NCBI GenBank assembly: GCA_030264375.1
Contig: JASCQW010000122.1
Coordinates: 28,029,264 to 28,093,263, forward strand
Direction of reading: 5' to 3'
DNA from: Carcharhinus longimanus
Lineage: Eukaryota
Length of the DNA stretch: 64,000 bases
A program made the translations under genes and the position numbers. The notes under the pieces are model-generated. The model was not told the DNA's origin and made no database searches. It worked only from the letters and a program-made list of their open reading frames with translations. Shown here in pieces: positions 48,467 to 60,600 of the stretch (its first letter is position 1; each line of letters opens with the position of its first letter).

Positions 48467-48640
48467 ATAAAGTTGCCATAGTCCCAGGTGACCATAGGCT
48501 GCTCTCCCCTTTGAGGGATAGAACTGACTGGTAGTGATTTAACCTCAAGCGAGGGGCAAGGTTGAGAAGGTGGGGCCTTCATAAATAACGTCAGCCAGTC
48601 CAGGAATTGAACCCGCAGTGTTGACCTCACTCTGCTGCTC
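48467..48640 (-). mobile_element. Short tRNA-derived SINE (family C)
   Basis: B-box ggaattgaacccg on the minus strand; body ccataggctgctctcccctttgaggg is distinct from the other two SINE families. Confidence 0.6.
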
Positions 48641-49237
48641 CTGCCCCAAGGCACTGGAGCTTAGTCATTGCTTTCCTACAACACAGTTCTGGGTCAAGGT
48701 TAGTTAAAGCACCACAGAATTGTGCACCTTCCTGCTTTCTATCACTCAGTTCTGCATCATAACTACAAACTGAACCATTGGGGGGAAGTTACCCTTTCCA
48801 AAGCTGCAAATCCTTTGAAAAGGTTCAAGAAAACAGAACAGCCTCTGGCTGAATCCATTGCAATGTGTTGGTTTATTTTCCCATGTAACTAATACTTCCC
48901 CTGCACGTTATTCCAATTTCTGTCTCACATACTTGCTGCCACATACCATGGAGACTGGGAGAGTCTGGTTTATTAATTCCACTCTGAATATCACTGCAGT
49001 GGATTTACTCAGCAGGAGGAACAGAAAATTTAAAAATGTTAGTATTTTCCTCCCTCGGGAGTTATGTGAATTGAGAAACCCAGGCGAAGGGCCTAGTCAT
49101 CAAGCTGTAAAGAATAAAGTAAAATTTATTTATTAGTNNNNNNNNNNNNNNNNNNNNNNNNNNNNNNNNNNNNNNNNNNNNNNNNNNNNNNNNNNNNNNN
49201 NNNNNNNNNNNNNNNNNNNNNNNNNNNNNNNNNNNNN

Positions 49238-49390
49238 TACTTCATTGAATGTTTTTAAGGCAAGGATAGATAGATTTTTGAACAGTAAAGGAATTAAGGA
49301 GAGTGGGCGGGTAAGTGGAGCTGAGTCCATGAAAAGATCAGCCATCGAGGGGCCAGATGGCCCACTCCTGCTCCTAGTTCTTATGTTCAT
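49238..49390 (+). mobile_element. CR1 3' tail
   Basis: tttttaaggcaaggatagatagatttttg...gaggggccagatggcccactcctgctcctagttcttatgtt. Confidence 0.85.
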
Positions 49391-49835
49391 TCCGAAGTTG
49401 GGCAAAGGACTGGGAGTCGACCTTCAAACTCAATGCCCCCTCAAAAGGCCACCTCCCCGTACCATTGGCATGCCACTCAGGGTGAGCCTTGCCAAGGAGA
49501 AGGAGGTGGTGAGGGAAAGATTGGCATGGTAACCACAGGCCGCTGAAGTTGAAATGGGAAAGGGATGAGTGGGATTTGGATTGGGAGGGTAGGGGGGTGG
49601 GGGGGAGCAGAGATTCAGGAGGGTGAGGGGGGCCGGTGGTAGTGAAGGAAGTCCTTTGTCTTGTCTGGGAAATGGGACCAGTGATGACATCAAGGAAGCA
49701 GAGAAAAACAGGAATTAGCAGGGGAAGCATTAATCCACTGTGAGGAACAAACTCCTACTTCCAAATATTAGCCACAAAATGCCTCACCGGCCTGCTGGAA
49801 CACCAATGCAAATGGGCGCGGAGGAAAATATCTCT

Positions 49836-50398
49836 CAGTGGCAGAGTGGGTTAGCACTGCTGCCTCACAGCGCCATGGACCCGGGTTCGATTCTCGGGTC
49901 ACTGTCTGTGTCGAGTTTGCACATTCTCCCTGTGTCTGCATGGGTTTCCTCCGGGTGCCCCAGTTTCCTCCCACAGTCCGAAAGATGTGCGGGTTAGGGT
50001 GGATTGGCCGTGCTAAATTGTCTCTTACTGTCCAGAGATGTGCAGGTTAGGTGGATTGGCCACGCTAAATTGCCCCTTAGTATCCAAAGATGTGCAGGTT
50101 AGGATGGATTGGCCACGCTAAATTGCCCCTTAGTATCCAAAGATATGCAGGTTAAGGGGATTGGCCATGCTAAATTACCCCATGGTGTCCAAAGATGTGT
50201 AGGTTGGGTGGATTGGCCGTGCTAAATTACCCCATGGTGTCCAAAGATGTGTAGGTTGGGTGGATTGGCCGTGCTAAATTGCACCTCAGTGTCAGGGGCT
50301 CCTGGTGAAGGTAAATAATTATGGGGAGAGGACTTGGGTGGGATTGTGGCTGGTGCAGACTCAATGGGCTGAATGGCCTCCTTCTGCGCTGAAGGATT
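49836..50398 (+). mobile_element. HE1 V-SINE with expanded internal tandem array
   Basis: Head with B box ggttcgattc, V-domain, six ~52-bp units and a CR1-type tail. Confidence 0.9.
49978..50292 (+). repeat. Tandem array, 6 x ~52 bp (ccaaagatgtgcaggttaggtggattggccatgctaaattgccccttagtgt-like)
   Basis: Six successive ggattggcc..gctaaatt motifs counted directly. Confidence 0.95.
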
Positions 50399-50399
50399 T

Positions 50400-51530
50400 A
50401 AGACACCCTAGGCAGAAAATGACTGTCTAGGTTGCCTCCTCTCTTCCTCATCCTCATGTCCCTGCTCCTCAGATGTTTTGGTGGCCAGGGTTGTGCCAGG
50501 TTGGATCTGCCCAGTACTGCAGGCCTCCTCCAGGGCAGCCCAGGCAGAGGACATTGTTTAAATATGCCAATGGTCTTCTCTATCACATTTTATGCATCAG
50601 CTTGGTTTTCACTGTCTGCAAGTTGTACATATCTGCATGGGTTATACGCCAGAATCACCAGCCATGTTGTCAGTGGATAGCCCTTGTCACCCACTAGCCA
50701 GCTTTTGCTTTGCCATAGTGGGTCAAATGCAACTGACACAGCAAATTGTCACAGAATGATGGCAAAGTGAGTGTTGCCAGGCTGCTGGGCATTGAATTGA
50801 CATGACACACCCACAAAGTGATAATGTAGTCAATGGCACCCTGCACCATTTGAAGCCTGCAACCACACTAAAGACACATGCTCACTCCAACTGCAAAGCT
50901 CCAGCAACAGAGAATAAAATGCAATTTGTTCTCTTTGAATGGATGTTGTCAGCGATCTTCTCACACAAGTGAATGGCAAACTGAAAGATTTTACAAGTAC
51001 TTCCAGCGCCAGCGTGGAAGGTGCCAGATGTTTCAGGGCTCATTGTCATCTTCACAGCTGCCAACAATGTGGTCCTTACCCTGCTCTGAGGTTGCAGTTG
51101 TGGTTGCAGTAAAAATAAGATCTGTATTTTTTTAATGTTTTTCATAATTTCAGGACATCCCAAAGCACTTTACAGCCAATGAAAGACTTTGAAGCGCGGT
51201 CACTATTATAATGCAGAATGCATTGCTGGTGCCAGATTTAAGTAAGGACGTCTTTCATGAAGCAGAGAGATTTGAAACACTAACAGAGAAAATGCTGGAA
51301 GATCTAAGCAGGTCTGTCAGCATCTGTGGAGAGAGAGTAGAGCTGAGATTTTGCAGTATTTTTTGTTTTTTCCGGTTCCAACGTCCGCTGTAATTTTCTT
51401 TAGATCTGAAGCACTGTTCCTCACTGAGGTTCAGGTAGCAGAATTGATTCCTGAACATCCTGAACAGATCTGCTCTCTGTTTTACATGGTCTTTGCACAT
51501 TCTCATAGCCATGCTGTATTCCAGAGTGAA
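50400..51530 (-). mobile_element. PIF/Harbinger transposase relic (N- to C-terminus), interrupted at ~51110-51395
   Basis: FRNQFCYLNLSEEQC; AVKMT..SGTFH..G..CKIFQFAIH; VQGAIDY; WLVGDKGYPLTTWL; IEKTIGIFKQ. Confidence 0.85.
51110..51220 (-). mobile_element. DeuSINE-type (AmnSINE1/SacSINE1-like) 3' fragment
   Basis: caggacatcccaaagcactttacagccaatgaaagactttgaagcgcggtcact resembles the antisense 3' part of Deu-domain SINEs, compared from memory. Confidence 0.55.
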
Positions 51531-51539
51531 TGCCTACAA

Positions 51540-51737
51540 ATATTTAAATCTTATTTTTACTTATATTAGTTGCAACCACAACAAAACCCCAGAGCAGGGT
51601 AAGGAACACATTCCAATAGCTGTGAAGGTGACTGCGACAATGAACCCTGAAACATCTGGTTTCTTTCACCCTGGCACTGGAGATATTTGCAAAATCTTGC
51701 AATTTGCCATCCACTGTTGTGTGAGAAGGTCACTGAG
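51540..51737 (+). repeat. Inverted duplicate of Harbinger segment ~50945-51130
   Basis: atcttatttttac..tgcaaccacaac..cagagcagggtaagga.cacatt..agctgtgaag..ccctgaaacatctgg..tttgccat present in opposite orientations. Confidence 0.85.
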
Positions 51738-51884
51738 TAAACATGTCTACTTCCGTGTCTGGAATGAAGTGGTTTGTGCAAAAGCCTTGAATTCAGCAAA
51801 CACTGCTTCAGAACCTACCACATCACTCCCTGCAGACTTCTGCAATTTTGAAACAACTGTAGAAAGAACTAAACCCTTACAGAG

Positions 51885-51912
51885 GTGTGTTTGTGTGTGT
51901 GTGTGAGTGTGT
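51885..51912. repeat. Imperfect (GT)n microsatellite
   Basis: gtgtgtttgtgtgtgtgtgtgagtgtgt. Confidence 0.85.
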
Positions 51913-52269
51913 CAGTGTCAGTCAAATGTCATTGTGGCACCTTTTAAGACTATTTGTGGCATCCAAAGAATGGGTGCAACAAACCCAAATTCCCATCATT
52001 GATCTAAATCCCTAAGATAACAAGAGACCAAATTAAACACTAAGCATCCAACACACTTTGCCATTTGTGCTGCAAAGTTCTTTATGATTTTGAAAATCTT
52101 TAAAGGATAGTTTGGAAATGCAAGAATGGTGAAAAGCTGTTACATTTTTCATTAGATTTTATTAACTGCCTTTTATCACTGAAGTATATTAACAAAAGTG
52201 AATTTAGTTGTTGTTTCCTATCAAAAGAGTTTGTGCTAGCTGATAATATTTTGGGAAGCAAATAGTTAT

Positions 52270-52790
52270 GGCGAAATGACTGATAGGACATACACATCAA
52301 GACCAAGACAGTTTACAGGAGGAAAGCATGCTGCTGGTGCTGAACATAAAAGTAAACTGTAAAAGTTTCCATAGGTTTGTAAAGATAAAAAGATTATCAA
52401 AAATGAGTGTAAGCCCCTTACAGTCAGAAACAGGAGAATTCATAATGGGGGATAAAGAAATGGCTAAGGAATTAAATTCACGAAGGAAGACATGAATAAT
52501 GTACTGGAAGGAAGGAAACAAGTTTTATTGAGGAGTTGAAGGAAATCAGCATTAGTAGAGAAATGGTTTTGGGGAAATTGATGGAATTGAAGGTACATAA
52601 ATCTCCAGGTCCTGATAATCTTCATCCCAGAGTACTTAAGGAAATGGCTCTGGAAATAGTAGAACTATTCCAAAATTCCTTGGAATCTGGACTGGTCCTG
52701 AAAGATTGCTGGGTAGCTAATGTAAGTCCGATATTCAAAAAGGGAGACAGAGACGAATGAGACTAACATCAGTTCTGAGGATGTTGCTTA
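52270..52790 (+). mobile_element. CR1 ORF2 fragment (RT N-terminus)
   Basis: KSPGPDNLHPRVLKEMALEIV..FQNSLESG..ANVSPIFKKG. Confidence 0.9.
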
Positions 52791-53009
52791 GAGTCCCTTT
52801 TAGGAATATCACTTTTAGGAATAATTAACTCCTCACACACATCCAAACTCACCTCCCTTTACTGGAATAATGCCAGCCTGGATGTTCATCTTAGGAAAGT
52901 GAATTGTTTTTCCTGGGTATGTACTGAGGCACATTCATACATTGAGCAACAAGCTTTTTGTATGTTTTCTCACCATCGGGTTATTTCATATGTGCAGCAT
53001 GGGCACATA

Positions 53010-53570
53010 GAAATGGTGTGGCCTCTACAATGCCCTATAGAATTTCAGCAAAACATCCTTATTCCTATACTTAATCCTGTTGTTATGAAAGCCAGCATTC
53101 CATTTGCCTTCTTTACTGCCTACTATAGCTGCATGCTTATCTTCAGCGACTGATGTATGAGGATACCAAGGTCTCATTGAATATCCACCTCTCTCAATTT
53201 ACACCCATTCAAATAATAATCTGCCTTCCTATTTCTTCGACCAAAGTGGATAACCTTGCATTAATCCACATTATACTGCATCTGCCATGCATATGGCCAC
53301 ACACTCAGCCTGTCTCAATCATGCTGAAGCATCTCTGCATCCTCCTGACAGCTCACCCACCCACCTAACTTTGTATCATCTACAAATTTGGAAATAATAC
53401 ATTTCTTTCCCGCTTCCAAATCATTAATTTATAATGTGAGCAGTTGGGATCCTAGCATAGATCCCTATGGAACCACACTAGTCACTGACAGCCAATCAGA
53501 AAAATACCCACTTAAGCCAACTCTTTGCTACCTGTCTGCTAACCAGCTTTCTATCCGTCCCAAGTCAATT
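53010..53570 (-). mobile_element. CR1 RT fragment
   Basis: Antisense to the same RT region as 35320-35800. Confidence 0.85.
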
Positions 53571-53844
53571 ATTCCTCCCTCTTCCAGCTCTCCTTAGGTC
53601 AGATTCTAAGGTCAGCGAGGAACGCTTGATCCAGGGGGAAGACCTTTAGGAAATCAGTCAAAATTATTCAAATGGCAATTAAGTAATTATTTTATCCCAC
53701 AGTCTGTCTTGAGAGCTCTAACGAAGGGCCAAGCAAAATGTTAGCCCTATTCTCTCTCCATAGATGCTGTCAGACATGCTGTGATTTTCCAGCATTTTCT
53801 GTTTTAATTTCAGATTCCACCATCTGCAGTAATTTGTTTTTATC

Positions 53845-54880
53845 TTAATGTGGAAGATTTCTCAGTTATGTCCTGTCAGCAAAAAATACAACAAATCCAA
53901 TCTGTCCATTTGCCACCACATCAGTTCATTCTTGATTATCAGCAAAGTAATGGAAGGTGACATTGAAAATACTATGAAGTGGTACTTACACAGTAATAAT
54001 CAGTCATCGATGCTCAGTTTGAGTTTTGCCGGGGTCACTTGGCTCTTGATCTCATCACAGCTTTAGTCCAAACATTGATTTGATTTGGTGAGTGTGGCTG
54101 GCCTTGATATCAAAGCAACAATTGACTGAGTGTGGTATCAAGGAACCCCGGAAAAGTTAAGTCCATTGAAATAAAAAGGAAACATTTCCACTGGTTGGAA
54201 TCAAATCTAGCACAAAGGATGATGATTGTGGTTATTGGAGATCAATCATCCCAGCCTCAGAAAATCACTGGAGGACTTCCTCAAGGTAGTGTTTGAAAGT
54301 GGACCATCTTCAGTTGCTTCATCAATGACCACCTGTTGATCATACAGCCAGAAGTGTTGTTGACTGTGCAGACTTCAGTATCATTCACAACTCTTCAGAT
54401 ACTGAAGCTGTCTAGGTCTTTATGCAGCAAGACTTTAACAATATCTAGACTTGGGGTGGCTGGTGGCAAAGTACTATTGTCACTGAACTAGTAATCCAGA
54501 GACCCAGAGCAGAATCTGGGGATCTGGGTTCAAATCCCACCGTGGTAGATGGTGAAATTTGAATTGAATAAAAATTCTGGAATTATAAGTCTAATGGTGA
54601 CTATGAAACCACTCGCGATTGCCATTAAAACCCATCTTGTTCACTAATATCCTTTAGGGAAGGAAATCTACTGTCCTTACCTGGTCTGACCTACATGTGA
54701 CTCCAGACCCATAACTTTCAAATGCTCTGAAATGGGGGCCAGTGACACCCACATCCTGTGAATGAATAAAAAATGAGTAATATTTGTGCTACATAAGTGC
54801 CAGGCAATGACCATCTTCAAAAGCAGAGAACTCATCCATCACCTATTGGTATTCAAATGGCTTTACCGTTATTGAATTCC
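53845..54880 (+). mobile_element. RT fragment of the 2280-4830 LINE family, with a SINE B copy inserted at 54455-54773
   Basis: MWKISQLCPVSKK..KSN...ISKVMEG; ggaggacttcctcaaggtagtg (GLPQGS). Confidence 0.8.
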
Positions 54881-54883
54881 CCC

Positions 54884-55130
54884 TGTAACAAAAGAGGGTT
54901 ATTCAATGAAGTTTCAGAACACAAAGACTTTATTACTGAAACAATGAATAATGATGTGTACAAATAGGGTTTGACCGAAATAACTATGTGGCTGTCCACC
55001 ACTCCTCCAAGGCTCCCATTGCCGATCCTTCCTGACCCAGCATGCGCATCCACACACTCGATTGGCTCACAATACTTCATAGGGTCTGGCCTGACCACGT
55101 GGCCCTCGGAGGAGAAATAATTAGATAAAC
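54884..55130 (-). repeat. Possible solo LTR
   Basis: TGTAAC boundary and a minus-strand AATAAAG; no TSD seen. Confidence 0.4.
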
Positions 55131-55139
55131 ATATATCAA

Positions 55140-56280
55140 CGTAAGAAATAGGAGCAGGATAAGCCATTCAGCCTATCAATCTCACTCCGCCATTCAATGA
55201 GATTATGGCTGACCTTCTACTTAACACCATTTTCTTGCACTATCCCCATATCCCTTGAAGTTTCTAATATGTAGAAATTGATTCATCTCAGTCTTGAACA
55301 TATTCAATGATTTAAACCTCCACAGCCCTCCCTGAGGTAGAGAATTCCAAAGATTCACCATTCTCCGCGTCAAGAAATTTATCCTCATCTCAGTCCTAAA
55401 TTACCTGCCCCTTATCCAGGGACTGTGTTTCCTGGTTTCAGACACCCTCCCCCCACCTTTTCTCAGATCAGGGAAAACATTCTTTCTGCATCTATCCTAA
55501 TAAGACCTGTAAGAATTGAGCATGTTTGAATGACATCATCTCTCATTCTTCTAAATTCCAGAGAATAAGGCCCAATCTATTTAATCTTTCCTCATAAAGC
55601 AATTCCTCAATCTAGGGATTAATTTAGTGAACCATCACTGCACTCCCTCTATAGCACATGTTAAGAATTTGAGATAGTTTAAGTAATTTATCGCTGTTGT
55701 AGGTATGAGTTTTAAGTTCAGGCTTAATTTGTGTTTCTATATTTAAAGAAAGGGTTAAAACTTTAGGTTAGCTTTATGTTAAACACAGGTGCTGGCAAAT
55801 CTATGGCTTTTAGTTTCACTCTAAAGTTTGCCTGCATTGTAATTAAGCGTTTATGATCTATAAGCAATTATAAGCTTAGCAACCAAAGACTCACACTGAA
55901 AGCAGAAGCATTTGAGTTCAGTTGGAATCAGGGAAGCAAGAAGTTTTCCAAAGAAACTGGCAGGACAATAGAAGACCATATCTGTAAAGACACAGCTGGC
56001 ATGAAGGAATAGTGTATTATTGATAATCTTTTCTTTTTAATAAATGTTTTACTCTTTCATTAAAAGATAATCAGTAGTTCTGTGACTGTTCATCCATAAC
56101 TTTTATTTTTTGTTTAGAGATAAGATCTGTCAATCTGGGTTCCACTTGAGGGACCTGATTGTCCTGTGGTAATATCAGCTGGGATCATAACACAAGTACA
56201 TATTTCCTTAGCTAAGTAGACCAAAACTGCGCACAATATTCCAGGTGCTGCCTCTTTAAGGCTCCATATAATTGTACATA
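55140..56280 (-). mobile_element. CR1 3' end interrupted by a solo LTR at 55659-56192
   Basis: Tail taagaaataggagcaggataagccattcagcc. CR1 text cactccctctatag|caagtacatatttcctta rejoins across the TGTTAAG...ATAACA insert. Confidence 0.8.
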
Positions 56281-58067
56281 CACAATCAAGAGGATTCATT
56301 ACTTTTTAAAATTATTTTTGCCATCTCTGTGTCCCCTCCCAAATAGCCCCTAGGCAGCGCAGTATTCCTTAACTGAAAGGGCCAGCAATTAGCCATTCTG
56401 TAACTGGTGTTGTATAAGAACAGTTTGAATTGATTTACTCATTGATTTTCAGCCCATTCTGTGATGCATCACTTCATCTCCTTTCAGTGTCTCCTGCTAT
56501 CGACTGGTTGTGAAGGTGAACTTTCTTTGGCAATTCTAGATATAAACTGCTTGCTGCTATGTCAATACAATGCTGTGTACATCACTGTCACACTGTCTGA
56601 CTGGTAATTTGTTTCACACAAGTATAAAAAATGAAACTATGCTAATAGTAGAATTGGAGTTACGCAAGCAACTGAAACAGAGTCACAATGTTCATCTCCG
56701 CCCACGCATGACAAATAGGATAACTTTCTCACCTATTAGCATGTGAAGAACTATTTAAAACTAAAACTCCAAGAAATTTATCAGCATTCTTTCTTGTGTT
56801 TAACTTGCTTGTAAAAATAGTGCATCCACATATCCATGAGCCCTGCAGATTTTACCATTACTCTGGACTTTATTGATTATTGATACCTTTGTGTTTGGGC
56901 TGGTCTTGCTTCAGTCAATACTAATTGGAACTCCACACTCAAACATTGATGCTGGACTTTGTGAGAAAATTGAGAAATTAACAGCTTTATCTAAAGTGGT
57001 GCAGGAGACATCAAGATAACGCTGAAAGCTTGTAGCAATTTGATTTGCCAATTTGAAAAAAATGGGTAAGTGTCATCAGTGCTCTGTGTTAAATTTACTA
57101 TTAGATTTGAAAAACTTCTACAATCGTTACCTTTAATGCTTTCTATATTGATGCTGGCTCCCAAAGAACAAATATATTTCATGATTAGAGCCTTTGCTCT
57201 ACTCTGCAATATATCTTCCTATCTCTAAAATGTGGCTCACCACACTGTTTCTGTACATTCTTATATATTGGATCTGTTCATAAATTGCTTTTGATAGATT
57301 TTTTTTCATCTTTGTGAATGTCTGAAGACAACAGAGACACTAGCATTTGTTTTAACGTGAAAAAATAACAATGATAGATGTAAATATATTGAAGGAAATC
57401 AGGTACAGGATCAAAAACTATACTTGAATATATAGAATATATTCTATTTTGGGGAAAAAAGTAACAGCTGATTTGAAGGTAACTATCTGTTTCCATGAGC
57501 TGGAAGCTGAGTTTGGGGTCAGAGCTTTCAGACTTGTTGACTTGTTTTTGATCATAAGGGTGAAGTAGTGGAGGAGTTGACATCAGCTATGTAGCAATAA
57601 TTCATAGCAGTATCCCATTAAATGATTTTCCATACAGGTATATCCCAGCATGTGTCTTTATCTTTGCATACACTGTGAACTGCACTAAATGACATTTTAC
57701 AACTATCAGCCTAAGCTTTGAGATTTTTAATGCTATTTTTATGCTTGTGGTTCTTGTGGAGATTTTAAGTATTTCCAATAAACGTTGATGTTGTGATTTG
57801 TAAGTGTTAGACTATGTTTTGCAAATTGCAAATCTGGACAGTGGATCACAAGCATTGATAAGATAGCACTGTGCAATGCTAGAAAGGTATTGGGTGGGAT
57901 TCTCCGATTACGTTTGCTCTGCCCCACTACCAAGATGAAAGGAGAACTTGACATTCAGCCAAAACTCCATTCACTGCAGCGGGACTGGAGAATTCCAGCT
58001 GTGGGAGAGGTCAGAGGTTTCCAGTGATTGTATCTGCTTCAGAGTGAGCAACACTCAGCAGCCAACA

Positions 58068-58640
58068 AGACTACAAGACCATAAGATATAGGAGCACTAT
58101 TAGCCATTCAGCCCATCGAATCAGCTCCGCCATTCAATCATTGCTGATAAGTTTCTCAACCCCATTTTCCCACCTTTTCCTCATAACCTTTGATCCCCTT
58201 ACCAATCAAGAATCTATCAATCTCTGTCTTAAATACACTCAATGACTTGGCCTCCACAGCCTTCTGTGGCAATGAATTCCATAGATTCACCAACCTCTGT
58301 CTGAAGAAGTTCCTCTTCACCTTGGTTCTAAAGAGTTGTCCCTTTAATCTGAGGCTATGCCCTTGGATCCTAGTCCTATTAATGGAAATATCTGCCTCAC
58401 ATCGACTCTATCCATGCCTTCCAGTATTCTGTACGTTTCAATGAGATCCCCCCTCATTCTTCTAAACTCTATTGAGTACAGACCCTGAGTCCTCAAACTC
58501 TCTTCATATGTCAAGCTTTTCATTCCTGGGGACATTCTTGTGAACTTCCTCTGGACTGTCTCTGGGCCAGCTTTAGATATGGGGCCCAAAATTGCTCAGT
58601 GTTCAAAATGTGGTCTGGCATTATAAGACATTATAAGACA
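58068..58640 (-). mobile_element. CR1 3' end
   Basis: ORF 58344-58589: VQRKFTRM.PGM..L.YEE.L...GLYS.EFRRMRGDLIETYRIL. Confidence 0.9.
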
Positions 58641-58689
58641 TCTTTATATTAGTGTATAATTCATTTTTACTTCTCTTCTGGGAATACCT

Positions 58690-58955
58690 GCCTAGAAGCA
58701 ATACTCCTCTTCTCTCCGACAGGATTTTCATTTGCCTCTTTCACCATGTTCACCTTTATTGCTTCTATTTCCCTGTTGCTTTTTACCTATTTTGGTCCAC
58801 CTGCTCCACCCCTTCTCAAACAATATAAAATCTATCATATTCCCCCCTCTCTTTAGCTCTGAAGGAGAGTTATACAGATTCAAAACGTTTACTCCGCTTC
58901 TCTCTCCACAGATGCTGCCAAACCTGCTAAGCTTTTCCAGCATTTTCTCTTTTTA
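58690..58955 (+). mobile_element. Penelope-derived 3' / terminal-repeat unit
   Basis: agctctgaaggagagttatacagattcaaaacgtttactc..tctctccacagatgctgccaaacctgct; homologous to 1793-1927. Confidence 0.75.
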
Positions 58956-60079
58956 TTGTCTTTGTAATTGAGCTTTTATAGCCCGCAGATGAGGATTGGT
59001 CTGAAAATGTTCCTGATACATGGCAAATGTAAGTTTACTGACCATGAGAAAAAAAGTAGATAAAGCTGCACAATGGACCCAAGGATCACAATACACAGTT
59101 AACCCCTGCAAACTTCACAGAAATCCTTGGTAGATCTATCAGAAAGCCTAATATCATAATCCAGGAGTAGAAAGGAAGGAGAGTCCACTTCCAATTTGGC
59201 ACAAGGCTTTGTGGCACCCAACCTTTCCATCGTGAAAAAGATGGCCAATTACATGAATGTTTGCACGGATCTGATCATGATGCAGCACCTGATGGCCAAT
59301 GTGTTTCACTTTCCACTGCAGCACAAGCAGAAGCAACTAACATCTGAGTGCTGCAGTACAAAATCTGTGTGAGGTCACAAAAATCTCAACTTAGTACCAT
59401 ACAGACTCAGATGGCTGACACCTTGGCTACAAATATCATAGGTCATGCGGGCTTCCACAATAGTCTATAAATCTGTGCCCCAGCAGATTACTAAGATTGT
59501 TGAGATGCCACTCAGAAGGAGCTTTGAGGAGCATGAATCTGCTCTTCTCTCTCAGGATAGAAGCATTCATGTTTCCACCACTGCCACTCTACCCATGGCC
59601 TTGCTTTAGTCTGATAGCCAAACATTCCAGGCAGCCATCAGTGCCTTAATGGTGCAGTCCTTAGCTGGACTTTTTAGGCCTAAAGCTGCTTGAGGACATT
59701 TTGTAAGGCCATTTGCAAAGTCTCCCAGTAAAAGACCGTGGTTCCCCTGCCATGCTGCATCCACTGACATAACACTGAAGGGGTATTGGGACAGCCAAAG
59801 ACATCTGTCAGACAGGCATTTAGGAAATACACAAGGATGAATGGTTGAATACTCTGTGGAATATTGGACAGTTTGTTAGATAAAGTTAATTTCAAATTTT
59901 TATTTTGTTGTGGCTTTTATTTCAACATTATAGTAAAAAGGCACTGTGATGCTCTGCAGTAAAGGGATGGTAAGCTGTGTGTTGTACAATGGTGATTTGG
60001 GCTTATTTTTAGTGGAACTGTAATCATATGGCAATCATAGACAGCCCTACCAGAAAGGGGATGTGCTGGTTTCTAAAAT

Positions 60080-60600
60080 TGTTGCAGCACCGAAGAAGGC
60101 CAAGTGGTCCATCATGTCTACACCAGCTCTCTGAATGAATAATTCAACCAGTGTTATCCCCCTCCCTCTCTCCAGAACCTTACACATTCTTGCTTTTCAG
60201 ATAACAGTCAAAATCCTTTTTGAGTGCCTCCATCAAACTTGCCTCCAGTACACTTTCAGGCAGTGCCTCCCAAACCTTAACCACCACTCTGTGAAAACAT
60301 TTTTCCTCATGTCGCTTCTGGTGCTTTTACCAATTACTTTAAATGTATGCCCTCTCATTCCTGATCTTTTCATGATTGGAAACAATTCCTCCCTATCTAT
60401 TCTGTCCAGACCCCTTCATGATTTTGATTACCTCAATCAAATCTCCTTTCTTCAAAGAAATCAGACTTAATTTCTCCAAACTTCATAACCAAAATTGCAT
60501 ATTCCTGAAATCTTTTCTGCACTCTTTCTAAAGCCTTCACATCTTTCCTAAAGTGCAGTGCCCAGAACTTGATGCAATACCTCAGTTGAAGCTGAACTAG
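60080..60600 (-). mobile_element. Old CR1 3' end
   Basis: gcagcaccgaagaaggccaagtggtcc...ccaccactctgtgaaaaca...gcccagaacttgatgcaatac. Confidence 0.8.

Noticed and set aside
49978-50292. Regular repeat array resembling CRISPR
   Set aside because: No unique spacers, embedded in a SINE, eukaryotic context, no cas genes.
50400-51530. Domesticated HARBI1-like gene
   Set aside because: Multiple frameshifts, deletions and nested insertions; a dead transposon copy.
57278-57583. 101-aa minus-strand ORF and a 16-bp AT palindrome (57432-57447)
   Set aside because: No homology recognised; short AT-rich palindromes are common by chance.
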